A DNA stretch of 64,000 bases from a bacterium (GCA_963692865.2 OY843592.1:416001-480000); one strand, 5' to 3'; numbered from the stretch's first letter, positions 17,741 through 28,010 are shown. The notes: generated by a model not told the origin, from the letters alone. Made by a program: numbers and translations.

Positions 17741-17848
17741 ATGGTGTACGGAAAACTTTTCGGATTGTTGGCCCTCATCATCGGTGGAATCCTGGGCTTG
17801 AGCACGATTATCTTGATGCTCGACTTAATCGGTCTCTCGATTTTTTAA
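17741..17848 (+). CDS. Small single-TM peptide (35 aa)
   Basis: RBS GGGAG, MVYGKLFGLLALIIGGILGLSTIILMLDLIGLSIF; fills an intergenic gap in the operon. Confidence 0.55.
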   Translation: MVYGKLFGLLALIIGGILGLSTIILMLDLIGLSIF

Positions 17849-17869
17849 GACCGGTTCACAGCCCGTTTC

Positions 17870-18622
17870 ATGCAACCCGACCTGTTCGAGCGTTTCAAAC
17901 ACAATCACTTCCTCGCTCCCATATCGGTAGACACGCTCAAAAAGATTGGCGAGCACATCGGCTTGTCGGCGGATCTTCTGGTGTTCGACGCATCGTGCGG
18001 CAAGGGAGGAAGCGTCATTTCGCTCGCACGAATGTTTGGATGTTCGGCAATCGGCCTCGATGATCGCCCCGAGTTCGTGGAAGATGGAAGACGGCGAATT
18101 TTATTCGAAGATCTGTCCCATCTCATCGATTTGCTGACGCATTCGAGCGATGATTATCCGTTCGACGACGATTACTTCGATCTGGCGCTTTTGTGCGGAC
18201 CCCCTTACCCCTCGAGCAGCGCAAGCAAGCTGAGGAGTCTGGTTCGGATAGTGAAGCCCGGGGGATGGATCGCCTTCTCCGGGCTGGTCTGGAAACCCGA
18301 AGATGAAGACGTCGACTCCGAACGACTGGCGAGATGGCTCGACGCCTATTTTCCCTGCGAACCGATTGACGCCGAGGAATTCCGAGGCCACCTTACGGAA
18401 CAGGGATATGACGTTGAATTCGTGGAGCACGAATCGGAAACCGCCTGGGAATCCTTTCTGGCTCCCCAGGCGCGCTCCATTATCGAGAACCGGCTTGAAT
18501 ATGCGGATTCACCCGAAGCCAGTGACGTCCTGGACAGCTGGCAGCAAGACCTCGAGATCTACCACGACGGCGGCGGAAAGCAGCTTCTAGGCTACGCCAC
18601 GTTCTTGCTGCGACGCCCATGA
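17870..18622 (+). CDS. Class I SAM-dependent methyltransferase
   Basis: VFDASCGKGG, FDL, VKPGG motifs. Confidence 0.8.
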   Translation: MQPDLFERFKHNHFLAPISVDTLKKIGEHIGLSADLLVFDASCGKGGSVISLARMFGCSAIGLDDRPEFVEDGRRRILFEDLSHLIDLLTHSSDDYPFDDDYFDLALLCGPPYPSSSASKLRSLVRIVKPGGWIAFSGLVWKPEDEDVDSERLARWLDAYFPCEPIDAEEFRGHLTEQGYDVEFVEHESETAWESFLAPQARSIIENRLEYADSPEASDVLDSWQQDLEIYHDGGGKQLLGYATFLLRRP

Positions 18623-18741
18623 GGGAGACCGAACGCCCGTGCCCGCGGAAATTCCGGCGGCGCGGGTTTGACGAGCGGGTCGCCTGTGGTGTTTTCTCTC
18701 GATTCAAGATGTATTGACGTACACACGGACGAGGAGTGCGA

Positions 18742-20214
18742 ATGAACGAACTGTTTCAACTCGGCATCACGGAAATCACGGAGAGCCTGAGAGCCAGGGA
18801 GTTCAGCGCGGAGGAGCTGACCAGGGCCTATCTCGAACGCATCGGCGAAACCGAAGCGAGGGTGCACGCCTATTTGAGCGTTCTGGAGGATGAGGCCATC
18901 GCCGCCGCCCGCGCCGCCGATGCGAAAATCGCCGCCGGTGACGACGATTCTCCCCTTCTCGGAGTCCCCGTGGCCGTCAAGGATCTCCTTTGCATGAAGG
19001 GCACCAAGACCACTTGCGCTTCTCGGTTTCTGGAAAATTTCGAGGCGCCGTATGACGCCACCGCCGTAGCCCGCCTCAAGGAGGCGGGCGCGGTCATACT
19101 CGGCAAACTGAACATGGACGAATTCGCCATGGGTTCATCGTGCGAGCAAAGCGCGTTCGGCCCGACCCGCAACCCGTGGAACCTGAACACCACACCGGGC
19201 GGCAGCAGCGGCGGATCCGCCGCCGCCGTGGCGGCGCGCTCCTGCGTCGTCTCCCTGGGTTCGGATACCGGGGGCTCCATACGCCAGCCGGCCGCATGCT
19301 GCGGCGTCGTGGGCATGAAGCCCACTTACGGACGCATTTCACGCTATGGACTCATTGCCTTCGCCAGTTCTCTGGACCAGATCGGCCCGTTCGCGAAAAA
19401 CGTGCGAGACGCCGCCGTCCTGCTGGGCGCCGTGAGCGGCCACGACCCGCGCGATTCCACTTCGGCCGATGCGCCCGTGCCCGACTACACGGATGGCCTC
19501 GACGCGGGCGTTCGGGGACTCAAAGTCGGCATCCCCAAAGAATACTTCATCGAGGGGATGGACCCCGAGGTCGAGGCCGCGATTCAAAAGGCGATTGCCG
19601 TCTTCGAGGAACAAGGAGCGGAAATTCTCGAAATTTCTCTCCCTCATACCGAATACGCCTTGCCTGTCTATTACATCCTCGCCCCCGCGGAGGCGAGCAG
19701 CAACCTGGCGCGCTACGACGGGGTCCGCTTCGGTGTGCGCAAAGAAGGGGATTCCACATTTGGCTCCCTGTTCGGCATGTACGCGGCCAGCCGGGAAAAC
19801 GGCTTTGGCGACGAGGTAAAACGCCGAATCATGCTGGGCACCTATGCGCTGTCTTCCGGATATTACGACGCCTTTTATACGAAGGCGCAAAAAGTCCGCA
19901 CACTGATTTGCCGGGATTTCAAGACCGCGTTCGAGGAGGTCGACGTCGTGCTGTCGGCCACGGCTCCTACTCCCGCCTTCGAGATCGGTGAGCGCCTCGA
20001 CGACCCCATCAGCATGTACCTCTCCGACATCCTGACCATCCCCTGCAATCTGGCCGGTCTCCCCGGCATCAGCCAGCCCTGCGGTTTCACCTCGGGAGGG
20101 TTGCCGATAGGGCTGCAACTGGCGGGAAAACCATTTGCCGAAAAAACGATTCTTCAAGCGGCGGCGGCGTTCGAAAGCGCGACGACGCACCACGAAGCGC
20201 AGCCTTCGCTGTGA
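18742..20214 (+). CDS. gatA: Asp/Glu-tRNA amidotransferase subunit A
   Basis: [44 protein letters not shown]. Confidence 0.97.
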   Translation: MNELFQLGITEITESLRAREFSAEELTRAYLERIGETEARVHAYLSVLEDEAIAAARAADAKIAAGDDDSPLLGVPVAVKDLLCMKGTKTTCASRFLENFEAPYDATAVARLKEAGAVILGKLNMDEFAMGSSCEQSAFGPTRNPWNLNTTPGGSSGGSAAAVAARSCVVSLGSDTGGSIRQPAACCGVVGMKPTYGRISRYGLIAFASSLDQIGPFAKNVRDAAVLLGAVSGHDPRDSTSADAPVPDYTDGLDAGVRGLKVGIPKEYFIEGMDPEVEAAIQKAIAVFEEQGAEILEISLPHTEYALPVYYILAPAEASSNLARYDGVRFGVRKEGDSTFGSLFGMYAASRENGFGDEVKRRIMLGTYALSSGYYDAFYTKAQKVRTLICRDFKTAFEEVDVVLSATAPTPAFEIGERLDDPISMYLSDILTIPCNLAGLPGISQPCGFTSGGLPIGLQLAGKPFAEKTILQAAAAFESATTHHEAQPSL

Positions 20215-20239
20215 GCCGTAATTTCGATTGAGGGAGACG

Positions 20240-21688
20240 ATGGCGTACGAAACGGTTATCGGTCTTGAAGTACATGCCCAGTTGGACACGAAAAGCAAGA
20301 TATTCTGCGGCTCGAGCGCCGCGTTCGGGGGAAACCCGAACGAACACACCTGCACTGTGGATCTCGGGCTGCCCGGCGTGTTGCCCGTTCTGAACCGTGA
20401 GGTCGTGGAATTCACCCTGAGGCTTGGGCTGGCCGTCGGGGCGGAGATTGCGCCGGTCTGCCGGTTCGCCCGAAAGCATTATTTCTATCCGGACCTCCCA
20501 AAGGGATATCAAATCTCTCAATACGAAGAGCCCATCTGCACGGGGGGAAGCGTTCATTTCGTCACCAGGGACGGGCGGGACGTGAACATCAACCTCACGA
20601 GAATCCACATGGAAGAAGACGCCGGCAAGCTGATTCATGGAGACGAACTGGGAGACCCGAGCCATTCCTATTCCGATCTCAACCGCGCCGGCGTGCCGCT
20701 TCTGGAAATCGTCTCCGAACCCGAGCTCAGAAACCCCGAAGACGCCGAATCCTATATGAGGAAACTCAGGACGCTGGTGCGCTATCTGGGGATATCCGAC
20801 GGCAACATGCAGGAAGGCAGTCTGCGCTGCGACGCCAACATCTCCCTCAGGCCGCCAGGGTCCGAGAAATTCGGCGAGAAGGTGGAGATCAAGAACATGA
20901 ACTCGTTCCGCAACCTCCGTCGCGCGCTCGAATACGAAGAGGAGCGCCAGCGCGAAGTCCTGGATTCGGGCGGGGCCATTCACCAGGAGACCAGGCTTTG
21001 GGACGAGTCCGCAGGCGTGACGCGGGGCATGCGCTCGAAGGAATACGCGCACGATTACCGCTATTTCCCGGACCCCGACCTGGTGCCCTTGACCGTGGAC
21101 GCGGAATGGCTCGACGAGGTTCGCGCGCAAATGCCGGAGCTGCCCGACGCGAAAAGCAAACGCTTTCAGGAGGAGTTCGGCCTGCCCCGCTACGACGCGG
21201 AAGTGCTGACGGCGGAGAAGGAGTTGGCGGCCTATTTCGACAGGGTCGTCGCGGCCGCCGGAGAGGAACAAGCCAAGGCGGCGAGCAACTGGGTGATGGG
21301 CGACGTCCTGCGCCTGTTGAACGAACGCAAGATCGGCATCGAGGATTGTCCCGTAACGCCTGAGCGGCTGGCTGCGATGATCGCGCTCATCACCGATGGC
21401 GTCATCAGCGGGAAGATCGCGAAATCCGTGTTCGACGAGATGGCGGAGAGCGGTAAGGAACCCGAGGCCATCGTGGAGGAAAAAGGCCTCAGGCAGATTA
21501 GCGACACGGGCGCGATTGAGAGCGTCGTGGAAGAGGTGCTCGCCTCGAACCCCGGTGAAGTCGAAGCCTACCGGGGCGGGAAGACCAAGCTCATGGGCTT
21601 TTTCGTCGGCCAGGCGATGAAGGCGACAGGAGGCAAGGCCAACCCCAAAGCCTTACAGGAGATACTCCGGGAAAAACTGGGGAACTGA
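20240..21688 (+). CDS. gatB: Asp/Glu-tRNA amidotransferase subunit B
   Basis: IGLEVHAQL, YFYPDLPKGYQISQ, DYRYFPDPDL. Confidence 0.98.
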   Translation: MAYETVIGLEVHAQLDTKSKIFCGSSAAFGGNPNEHTCTVDLGLPGVLPVLNREVVEFTLRLGLAVGAEIAPVCRFARKHYFYPDLPKGYQISQYEEPICTGGSVHFVTRDGRDVNINLTRIHMEEDAGKLIHGDELGDPSHSYSDLNRAGVPLLEIVSEPELRNPEDAESYMRKLRTLVRYLGISDGNMQEGSLRCDANISLRPPGSEKFGEKVEIKNMNSFRNLRRALEYEEERQREVLDSGGAIHQETRLWDESAGVTRGMRSKEYAHDYRYFPDPDLVPLTVDAEWLDEVRAQMPELPDAKSKRFQEEFGLPRYDAEVLTAEKELAAYFDRVVAAAGEEQAKAASNWVMGDVLRLLNERKIGIEDCPVTPERLAAMIALITDGVISGKIAKSVFDEMAESGKEPEAIVEEKGLRQISDTGAIESVVEEVLASNPGEVEAYRGGKTKLMGFFVGQAMKATGGKANPKALQEILREKLGN

Positions 21689-21708
21689 CCGCAGAAGGCC
21701 GCCCCGCC

Positions 21709-22593
21709 TTAAGGGGATTCGCGCTCGCCGAACCCGTAGAGCGCGCAGGGATTCTCCACCAGAATCTTCCGGCGCATTTGCTCATCGGGCGCGAACTCCG
21801 CGAGAAGGTCCATCAAGTCGCCGTCATTGGGAATCACGGGCTTCACGTTCGTGTGCGGCCAGTCCGTGCCCCACACCACCCGCTCGGGCGCGGCGTCCAT
21901 CAGCGCGCGCGCCACGGAGACGGCGTCGCGGTAAGGAGAGCCGCTCCTGGAGATCCGATCGGCGCCGCTCAGCTTCACCCATGTGTTTCCTCTTTCCAGC
22001 AAGCCCAGCAGCAATCTGAAATCGGGGTGCGCCGGTGAGGCGCCCGCAGGAACGAGACCCATGTGGTCGAACACCGCGTCGACCGGCAATCGCCTTATCT
22101 CGGGCTCGAGTTCGGCCAACTGTCCGGCGTGTATGTGAAACTGCACGTGCCAGCCGAAGTCCTTGATCCGGGCGGCCAGCTCCTCCATCCGCTCGATTCC
22201 GCTCACTCCGCCCGAAGCCGAGTTGATGCGCGCTCCGCAGATGCCGCGCCTCGTCAGCTCATCGAGCCCGTCTTCGGTGACGTCCGCATCCACCACGCCC
22301 ACGCCCACGTAACCCGGCCCCAGGACGCGGACCGCCTCGATCACCCTCGCGTTGTCGGCGCCGTAAGGACTCGCCTGGACGACGACCCCCCGCTCAAGGC
22401 CCAGGACGCCGGCCATCTTCTTGTAGTCGCTCTCGAGAACCCGGGCGGGCGTGTAGCGCCTCCGCGCCGCGTAGGGGTATTCCGCCTCGGGTCCGAAGAC
22501 GTGGAAATGACAATCCGCCGCTCCCGCCGGGGCCTTGAACTTCGGCGGTTTCGTATCCGGGTCGGGGCCGGGAATGGTGGGCCGGGTCGTCAA
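21709..22593 (-). CDS. Amidohydrolase_2 family (LigI-like lactonase)
   Basis: DCHFHVFGP, DHMG, WVKLSG, WGTDWPH. Confidence 0.88.
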   Translation of the reverse strand: MTTRPTIPGPDPDTKPPKFKAPAGAADCHFHVFGPEAEYPYAARRRYTPARVLESDYKKMAGVLGLERGVVVQASPYGADNARVIEAVRVLGPGYVGVGVVDADVTEDGLDELTRRGICGARINSASGGVSGIERMEELAARIKDFGWHVQFHIHAGQLAELEPEIRRLPVDAVFDHMGLVPAGASPAHPDFRLLLGLLERGNTWVKLSGADRISRSGSPYRDAVSVARALMDAAPERVVWGTDWPHTNVKPVIPNDGDLMDLLAEFAPDEQMRRKILVENPCALYGFGERESP

Positions 22594-22632
22594 GCGCGCG
22601 TCCTCGAATCCATGGATGAGCGAGAGCGGAAC

Positions 22633-23109
22633 CTATCTTCTTTTCTTCTTGCGGTAGGGTCTGTGGCACTGCGTGCAGCTATCCGAAAGCGCGCTGAACG
22701 TCTTGAGAACGGTGGTCTTGTCTTTCGCCTTGGCCGCGCGGGCCAGGTCTCTTGCGGTTTGAACCGAAGCTCTGGCGATTTTCGAGTAATCCTCGAACCG
22801 GCGCCAGACTTCCGCCTTGATGCGCGTCTTGCCGAAGGCGCTTCCCCTGGGGCTCAGGTAGGGAATCGCCGCCGAGAGCAGCGCGATTTCCTCCGCCGCC
22901 GAGGCGACGCGCGCGTAGTTCTCCTTTTTCGAATACACCTTGACGCGGCGCATCGCGCGGCTGATGCTCTTCATCGTCCGCACGCGCACCCTCTGGACGC
23001 CGCGCAGCGTCTGCTCGTCCTGGCCAGCGGAAAAAGAGGGAAGAAGAACCGCCGCCGTCAGAACGGCGCAAACCGTCGCGCACACCCGTTTCGAAATTCG
23101 CATATCCAC
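22633..23109 (-). CDS. Cytochrome c' (class II)
   Basis: Signal peptide, C-terminal CTQCH. Confidence 0.85.
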   Translation of the reverse strand: MDMRISKRVCATVCAVLTAAVLLPSFSAGQDEQTLRGVQRVRVRTMKSISRAMRRVKVYSKKENYARVASAAEEIALLSAAIPYLSPRGSAFGKTRIKAEVWRRFEDYSKIARASVQTARDLARAAKAKDKTTVLKTFSALSDSCTQCHRPYRKKKRR

Positions 23110-23190
23110 TCCTCGCAGATGGCCGGGAACCCCTCTTCCCGAGAGCGTCCGCCCATACTAGGAGGGGGCGGCGAAAGTGTCAACGGAAGC

Positions 23191-23294
23191 CCCGGTTTCG
23201 ACATAACCCTTTATGATTCAATGAGATAAATTTTCAGGAATTTACCGGAAAACGTCGTGAATTTATCCGAATTTATACAATTTTTCAGGAATTC
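23191..23294 (-). repeat. Inverted copy of 13167-13270
   Basis: Direct comparison. Confidence 0.85.
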
Positions 23295-23561
23295 GAAGCG
23301 GGGCGTTTTCGTTCCGTTTCCGGGATGCGCCATCGTTTCGGCGCGGCCTGGGTTCGTTTTGTTTTTCCGCAGCGTCCGAGCGCACGGGAACGCCCTCCTC
23401 GCGGCGGATTCTGCCGCATCCAGGCGAGAGCGCGATAACGGCAAATGCGGGGGAATGCGCGCGGGGCCGACCTCCGTGGTTCTTCCCCGCGGGGGCGCTT
23501 CGCGAAGCGCCCGTTCGAGTCCATGGCGAATGATCGACGCCTTGCCGAACCCTGCCGCGAA

Positions 23562-23767
23562 GGGGCTGTTGAAAAAGTCCTGATGAACGAGTGTTTTACG
23601 CGACCGGAGAGGAACGGTTTTTGTAGGTCAGACATATATGTCTGACATATCATGCGGCCCGCCTTGTGGAGGCGAAAATCAGGGTCGCATGATATGTGTG
23701 GGACAACCCCGAGGAGGGGTTGTCACCTACAAACAAATTGTCTCTCTCCGGCTTTTTCAACAGCCCC
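23562..23767. mobile_element. MITE-like element (GGGGCTGTTGAAAAAG TIRs) with flanking direct repeat
   Basis: Perfect TIRs; GCGAA immediately on both sides. Confidence 0.75.
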
Positions 23768-23776
23768 GCGAAGCCT

Positions 23777-24436
23777 TTATTTGGCTTTGCCCGATGTGTA
23801 GCTTATCAACTCCCATGAGAAATCTCTCATTCTGGTCTTGTGTTCCCATTCATAAAGCACGTTCGTCTTGAGAACGGGAGAAATGTACATATCGATTTTG
23901 CTGACCCTGGTCTCGCAGAAAATATGATAGGTATCGAAACTGCCCGCGGGCACGCTGACCCGAACCTGCTCCTTGGCTTCACAATCCGTTTTGTAGCTCC
24001 AGCTTCTGCCCGCGTTGTTTGACCCCTTGTATTCCGTGCGCCACTTCTGGCCGACTTTCAGGGGCCAGATTTCACCCTCGATCATTTTGATGGAGCCGGT
24101 TCCGCTGCTTCGCCTGCCTCCGTGCCTGCAATTCGCCCACTTCAAGGATTGCCGTACACCACCTATGAATGACGCATGTCTTGAGATGGTATAATTACAG
24201 TCCCGATTGTTCTCCAAGGTAATCGTGGTTTCATCCGACGCCACGATCGTGTGGGAGTTCTCAAATCCCCTGGAATGTCTCCAAGTTAATACGGTCCCGA
24301 GGGGCAATGCGGGCTTCGGCATCGGCGCAAGCGCGGCCGATACGGGCTTGACGTCGGCCGCCGACGCCGATGGAGTATGGCCGAAGGCGCCGATTGCGAA
24401 TGCGAACGTCAGGCTTGCGGTGATGATACGTTTCAT
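23777..24436 (-). CDS. Secreted hypothetical protein
   Basis: Signal peptide MKRIITASLTFAFAIGAF..SASA; V.VPAGSFDTY beta motif; RBS AAGGAG. Confidence 0.8.
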   Translation of the reverse strand: MKRIITASLTFAFAIGAFGHTPSASAADVKPVSAALAPMPKPALPLGTVLTWRHSRGFENSHTIVASDETTITLENNRDCNYTISRHASFIGGVRQSLKWANCRHGGRRSSGTGSIKMIEGEIWPLKVGQKWRTEYKGSNNAGRSWSYKTDCEAKEQVRVSVPAGSFDTYHIFCETRVSKIDMYISPVLKTNVLYEWEHKTRMRDFSWELISYTSGKAK

Positions 24437-24591
24437 GGAGCGACTCCTTCCTCTGTTGAATCGCGGACCGGGCGAGGCGACGTTCCGGGATTGAATTGAC
24501 TCGTTGCCCGCCGCACCCGGCGCGGAGCCGGAGCGTCGGGAGGGGGGCGTCCGCCGCGCGGTGGGTATAGGGAATGCGCGGGAAGGGTATA

Positions 24592-24696
24592 TGGCGCCGG
24601 AGGCCGGCACCAAACCGGAGAAACGAAAAACCGAAAACCCTTATATAGTAAAGGGTTGCGGGGTTTGATGTTTTTTGAGTCCCTCAATGAGTCCCT
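24592..24696 (-). other. att-site-like remnant (degenerate tRNA 3' end plus tandem arm-type repeats)
   Basis: Minus strand CCGGTTTGGTGCCGGCCTCCGGCGCCA resembles a T-arm plus acceptor end; GAGTCCCT-N4-GAGTCCCT at 24677-24696. Confidence 0.55.
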
Positions 24697-26091
24697 TTAA
24701 TATGGCAATCTAACCGGCGGAGTATCATCGGGAGGATTGAGCGTAGTGTATCTCTCCGGCGCGGTTTTTCTTCGCTTCCCGCCGAATGAGCCTATAACTC
24801 CATGTTTCTCGAATACGCCCGCCACTTCACACGCCTTGCAATCGGCGGTGTTCCCGTAAAAATCCCCGTCGATGTAGCCAAGGGTAGGATGCGGGTTTTG
24901 GTTGTCCGCGTGGTTGCCGTGGCCTTTGTAGAAAAACGATCCGTCGTCGTTTTGCGGGATGTTTTCAAACTTGATGGTTTCCGGCCCCTTATAGAGCGAC
25001 CCGGATATCTCGCTAAATTCCACGTCTACTTGATGATCCTTGAAATCGTAGTTTATCGTCGCCCTGCCGTCGACGTATCCATGAACCGTAAACCCCCCCC
25101 TCTCATAATCGCGCCCGGACATGAAACCATGCCACGTTGCGCCGAGCGCCGCATCCTCCGGCGGTTTTCCTCGGTAGAGATTTCCGAATGCGGCCCCGTG
25201 AGTTTGACTCAAATATTCCCCTTGTTCCCCATATTCAAAGGTTCTAACGTAAAAGACGCTATGTTCGCCCACCCCACCCCAATATGAAATACTTTGATAG
25301 TCACCACCAGATATACTACCAGAAAGAGACGTCATCTCGTAAAATTCGTAACTCGGCTTAACTTCGTCCCGATCTAATATATGAAGAACCACGCCAATCG
25401 AAAAATCTTGTCCACCTACACCGGCAATTTGTGAATAACTCTTATAGTCAACCCCGTCAATCTCAATCCTCTTTACTGTGCATATGTTGCCGTTATGCGC
25501 GAGGCCCGGACAAGTAAGCTTTTGTCGAGCAAGCTCATGTGCGGTTATTTTTCCTTGCTCTGTTCGCATAAACTGGGTGAAACCGTTGCCATAGGTGTTG
25601 ATTTCATCCGTCATTTCAAGGTGGATAACGTCAATATCCACGTTGCTCCCGGCGATTTGATATTTCACCGGCGGGGTTGTTCCTGTAGCCGGCGGCGTTC
25701 CTCCTCCTCCGCCCGTGCCTCCGCCTGTTCCTCCGTCGGTTCCTCCGTCGGTTCCTCCGCCTGTTCCTCCGCCTGTTCCTCCGCCCGTTCCTCCGTCCGT
25801 GCCTCCGCCCGTGCCTCCTCCGCCCGTTCCTCCGCCCGTTCCTCCGTCCGTGCCTCCGCCCGTGCCTCCTCCGCCCGTTCCTCCGCCCGTTCCTCCGTCC
25901 GTGCCTCCGCCCGTGCCTCCGCCCGTGCCTCCGCCCGTGCCTCCGTCTACTATGCCTCCTCCTCCGCCCGTGTTTGCGCTACCGCCGCCTCCGCCGCAGC
26001 CGTAGAGCGCGAGGGCGCAAACCAGCGCGAAAGAGAGCAGCGCCAATGAAAGCGATTTTTTCTTCGAGGGTTGCCTTTCGAGTCGGATCAT
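24697..26091 (-). CDS. Surface lipoprotein with Gly/Thr linker and TbpB-like C-terminal beta-barrel
   Basis: Lipobox LYGC, GGGT repeats, IDGDFYG..EVAGVFE..IGSFGGKR; lower GC than its surroundings. Confidence 0.8.
   Translation of the reverse strand: MIRLERQPSKKKSLSLALLSFALVCALALYGCGGGGGSANTGGGGGIVDGGTGGGTGGGTGGGTDGGTGGGTGGGGTGGGTDGGTGGGTGGGGTGGGTDGGTGGGTGGGTGGGTDGGTDGGTGGGTGGGGGTPPATGTTPPVKYQIAGSNVDIDVIHLEMTDEINTYGNGFTQFMRTEQGKITAHELARQKLTCPGLAHNGNICTVKRIEIDGVDYKSYSQIAGVGGQDFSIGVVLHILDRDEVKPSYEFYEMTSLSGSISGGDYQSISYWGGVGEHSVFYVRTFEYGEQGEYLSQTHGAAFGNLYRGKPPEDAALGATWHGFMSGRDYERGGFTVHGYVDGRATINYDFKDHQVDVEFSEISGSLYKGPETIKFENIPQNDDGSFFYKGHGNHADNQNPHPTLGYIDGDFYGNTADCKACEVAGVFEKHGVIGSFGGKRRKTAPERYTTLNPPDDTPPVRLPY
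25697..25998. repeat. 12-bp-based tandem repeats encoding GGGT/DGGT
   Basis: CCTCCGCCCGTG/TT units. Confidence 0.95.
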
Positions 26092-26130
26092 TTCTTTCGC
26101 CTCCCCTTCTTAACCGTGAAAATTTCCGTT

Positions 26131-26277
26131 CTCCGGACCGCGGATGCAGCCGGAGCGTTTACCCGAAAAACCACGAGCAAGAAGAGATGGATTTCCCGCA
26201 GGCTCCGCTCTCCGGGGGATGGAGAGAAGCTTCTGTCCGGCGGGAAGACCGAATCGACCATCGCGGTTCTTGTGGCA
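26131..26277 (-). ncRNA. Candidate structured leader RNA, copy 1
   Basis: Multi-stem fold shared with 26608-26756 and 30660-30797; TTGACA at 26312-26307. Confidence 0.6.
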
Positions 26278-26607
26278 ATGAAAATAATTGGATATGCAGG
26301 GTGGAATGTCAAGCGCGCGTGGATGAGCAAAACGGAGAAAGTTTTTTTTGGGGGGCTTGATGTGACATGGCTGTAGATAGAGAGCGGCGGAAAAATATCT
26401 TAAAAAAAAGTCGTTTTTTTGCGCCGAAAAATCCGTTATGGTTGCATCGGGAAGTTGGGAAAATGCGTTTCGTTGTATTGGGTTTCCCGAAGTCGAGTTT
26501 CTTTTTCGCTGAAAGGGGAGGGTGATAATCGAAAAAGCCCCCGGTCGGCGATACGAGTTGAAGATGAATGGGCGGGTCCATCATTCGATGAAATGAAAAA
26601 GGTTGTC

Positions 26608-26756
26608 CCCGAACCGCAAACGCAGTCCGGGCTGTTTGCCACAAAAACCACGATCGAAGAGATGGGTTTCCCGCCTATTCCGGCCTCCAGGAGACTGGAG
26701 GCCGTGTTGTATTCGGCGGGCAGCCCGAAAGGGCCGACTGCCGTGGTTTTTGTGGC
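26608..26756 (-). ncRNA. Candidate structured RNA, copy 2
   Basis: 15-bp perfect outer stem GCCACAAAAACCACG/CGTGGTTTTTGTGGC with nested hairpins; TTGACA at 26792-26787. Confidence 0.65.
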
Positions 26757-26961
26757 GAGCAAATGATCGGGCATGGAACCCCGTCTTGTCAAACGCGCGT
26801 GGGCGGGCGAAAACGCGAAGAGAAGGGGAGTGCGCCGAAGTCGAGCCTCTTTAGAAGGCGGGGTGAGTTGTGCTAGCCTTGGACCATAGATGCCGTTTTC
26901 CGCGTTGGGTTTTCCGATGCGGTTCAGGTTTTAACAGGCATCACTATTTGGGAGCCGGACG

Positions 26962-28008
26962 ATGTTCAAGAACTTGCGGATACGCAATTTTCGCGCGTTC
27001 GACGATTTGGAGATTCCCCGCCTGGGGCTGGTCAACCTCGTTACGGGAAAGAACAACTCCGGCAAGACGAGCCTGCTCGAAGCGCTTTTCCTGTTGTGCG
27101 GCGCAGGAAATCCCGAGATGGCGTTGCGCATCAATGCGATTCGTGGAATCGACTGGGCGCAAGGTCCAACGGCGCCCGAGACGTTATGGAAGCCGACTTT
27201 CGCTGATTTCGACATGACGAGGACCGTCGAGATTGAGGGAAATTACACGTCATACGGCCCTTTGAGGTTGAGCATCGTGCTCGATCATCCGAATACCATC
27301 CAGCTTCCTTTTGAAATTTCTGACCGTACTTTGGCGGCCGGATTTCCAAACGAAAGCGAGCTCAAGTTTTCGTTCAAAAAAGGATCGGAAAACAGGGTGG
27401 AGAGCCGCATTCGCTTGGCGGGCGAAGGATTTCAGATAGACCCGCCTGTATCTCCTCTGCCGTTTCGGGCCGTGTTGCTTTCGTCTCGTACCGGGAATCT
27501 CAGAGAGGACGCCCAGCGTCTCGGGCAGCTTCGGCAACGAAAACAGGGAGAGCTCGTGGTGAATGCTCTACAAAGCGTCGAACCGAGACTGCAAACCTTG
27601 GAAGTCAATTCCGCGTCCGGCGTTCCCATGATCCGGGGCGATGTCGGCCTGTCGGAACTCGCGCCGCTGCCGATGATGGGTGAAGGCATGACGCGAATCG
27701 CGCGTCTGATTCTGGCGATCTCCGCTGCGCCTAATAGCGTGGTTCTCGTTGACGAAGTGGAAAACGGCCTGCATCACTCTGTATTGGGCAAGGTTTGGAA
27801 AGCGATTGGGGAGGCGGCCAGACAGTTCAACACGCAGGTCGTCGCGTCGACGCACAGTTTCGAGTGCATGGAGGCGGCGCATCAATCCCTCGATGCCGAG
27901 GACTTTCTCGTTCACCGGCTCGAGAACATCGACGGAGCAATACGCTGCGTCACTCTCGGACCCGACGAAATAGAGGCGACGTTCAAACACAATCTCGAGA
28001 TGCGCTAA
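26962..28008 (+). CDS. AAA_15/21 ABC-type ATPase
   Basis: GKNNSGKTS, MGEG, VDEVENGLH, STHS. Confidence 0.9.
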   Translation: MFKNLRIRNFRAFDDLEIPRLGLVNLVTGKNNSGKTSLLEALFLLCGAGNPEMALRINAIRGIDWAQGPTAPETLWKPTFADFDMTRTVEIEGNYTSYGPLRLSIVLDHPNTIQLPFEISDRTLAAGFPNESELKFSFKKGSENRVESRIRLAGEGFQIDPPVSPLPFRAVLLSSRTGNLREDAQRLGQLRQRKQGELVVNALQSVEPRLQTLEVNSASGVPMIRGDVGLSELAPLPMMGEGMTRIARLILAISAAPNSVVLVDEVENGLHHSVLGKVWKAIGEAARQFNTQVVASTHSFECMEAAHQSLDAEDFLVHRLENIDGAIRCVTLGPDEIEATFKHNLEMR

Positions 28009-28010
28009 GC

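Noticed and set aside
24480-24575. Possible fourth copy of the structured RNA upstream of the secreted protein
   Set aside because: GC-rich hairpins only; lacks TTGACA, the outer stem and the conserved junction.
24592-24620. Functional tRNA gene
   Set aside because: Only a degenerate 3' fragment; no D or anticodon arms.
26608-26756. Assignment as a c-di-AMP (ydaO) or c-di-GMP riboswitch
   Set aside because: Superficial GCCGAAT and GCGGGAAACCCA likeness, but the remaining conserved aptamer segments are absent.
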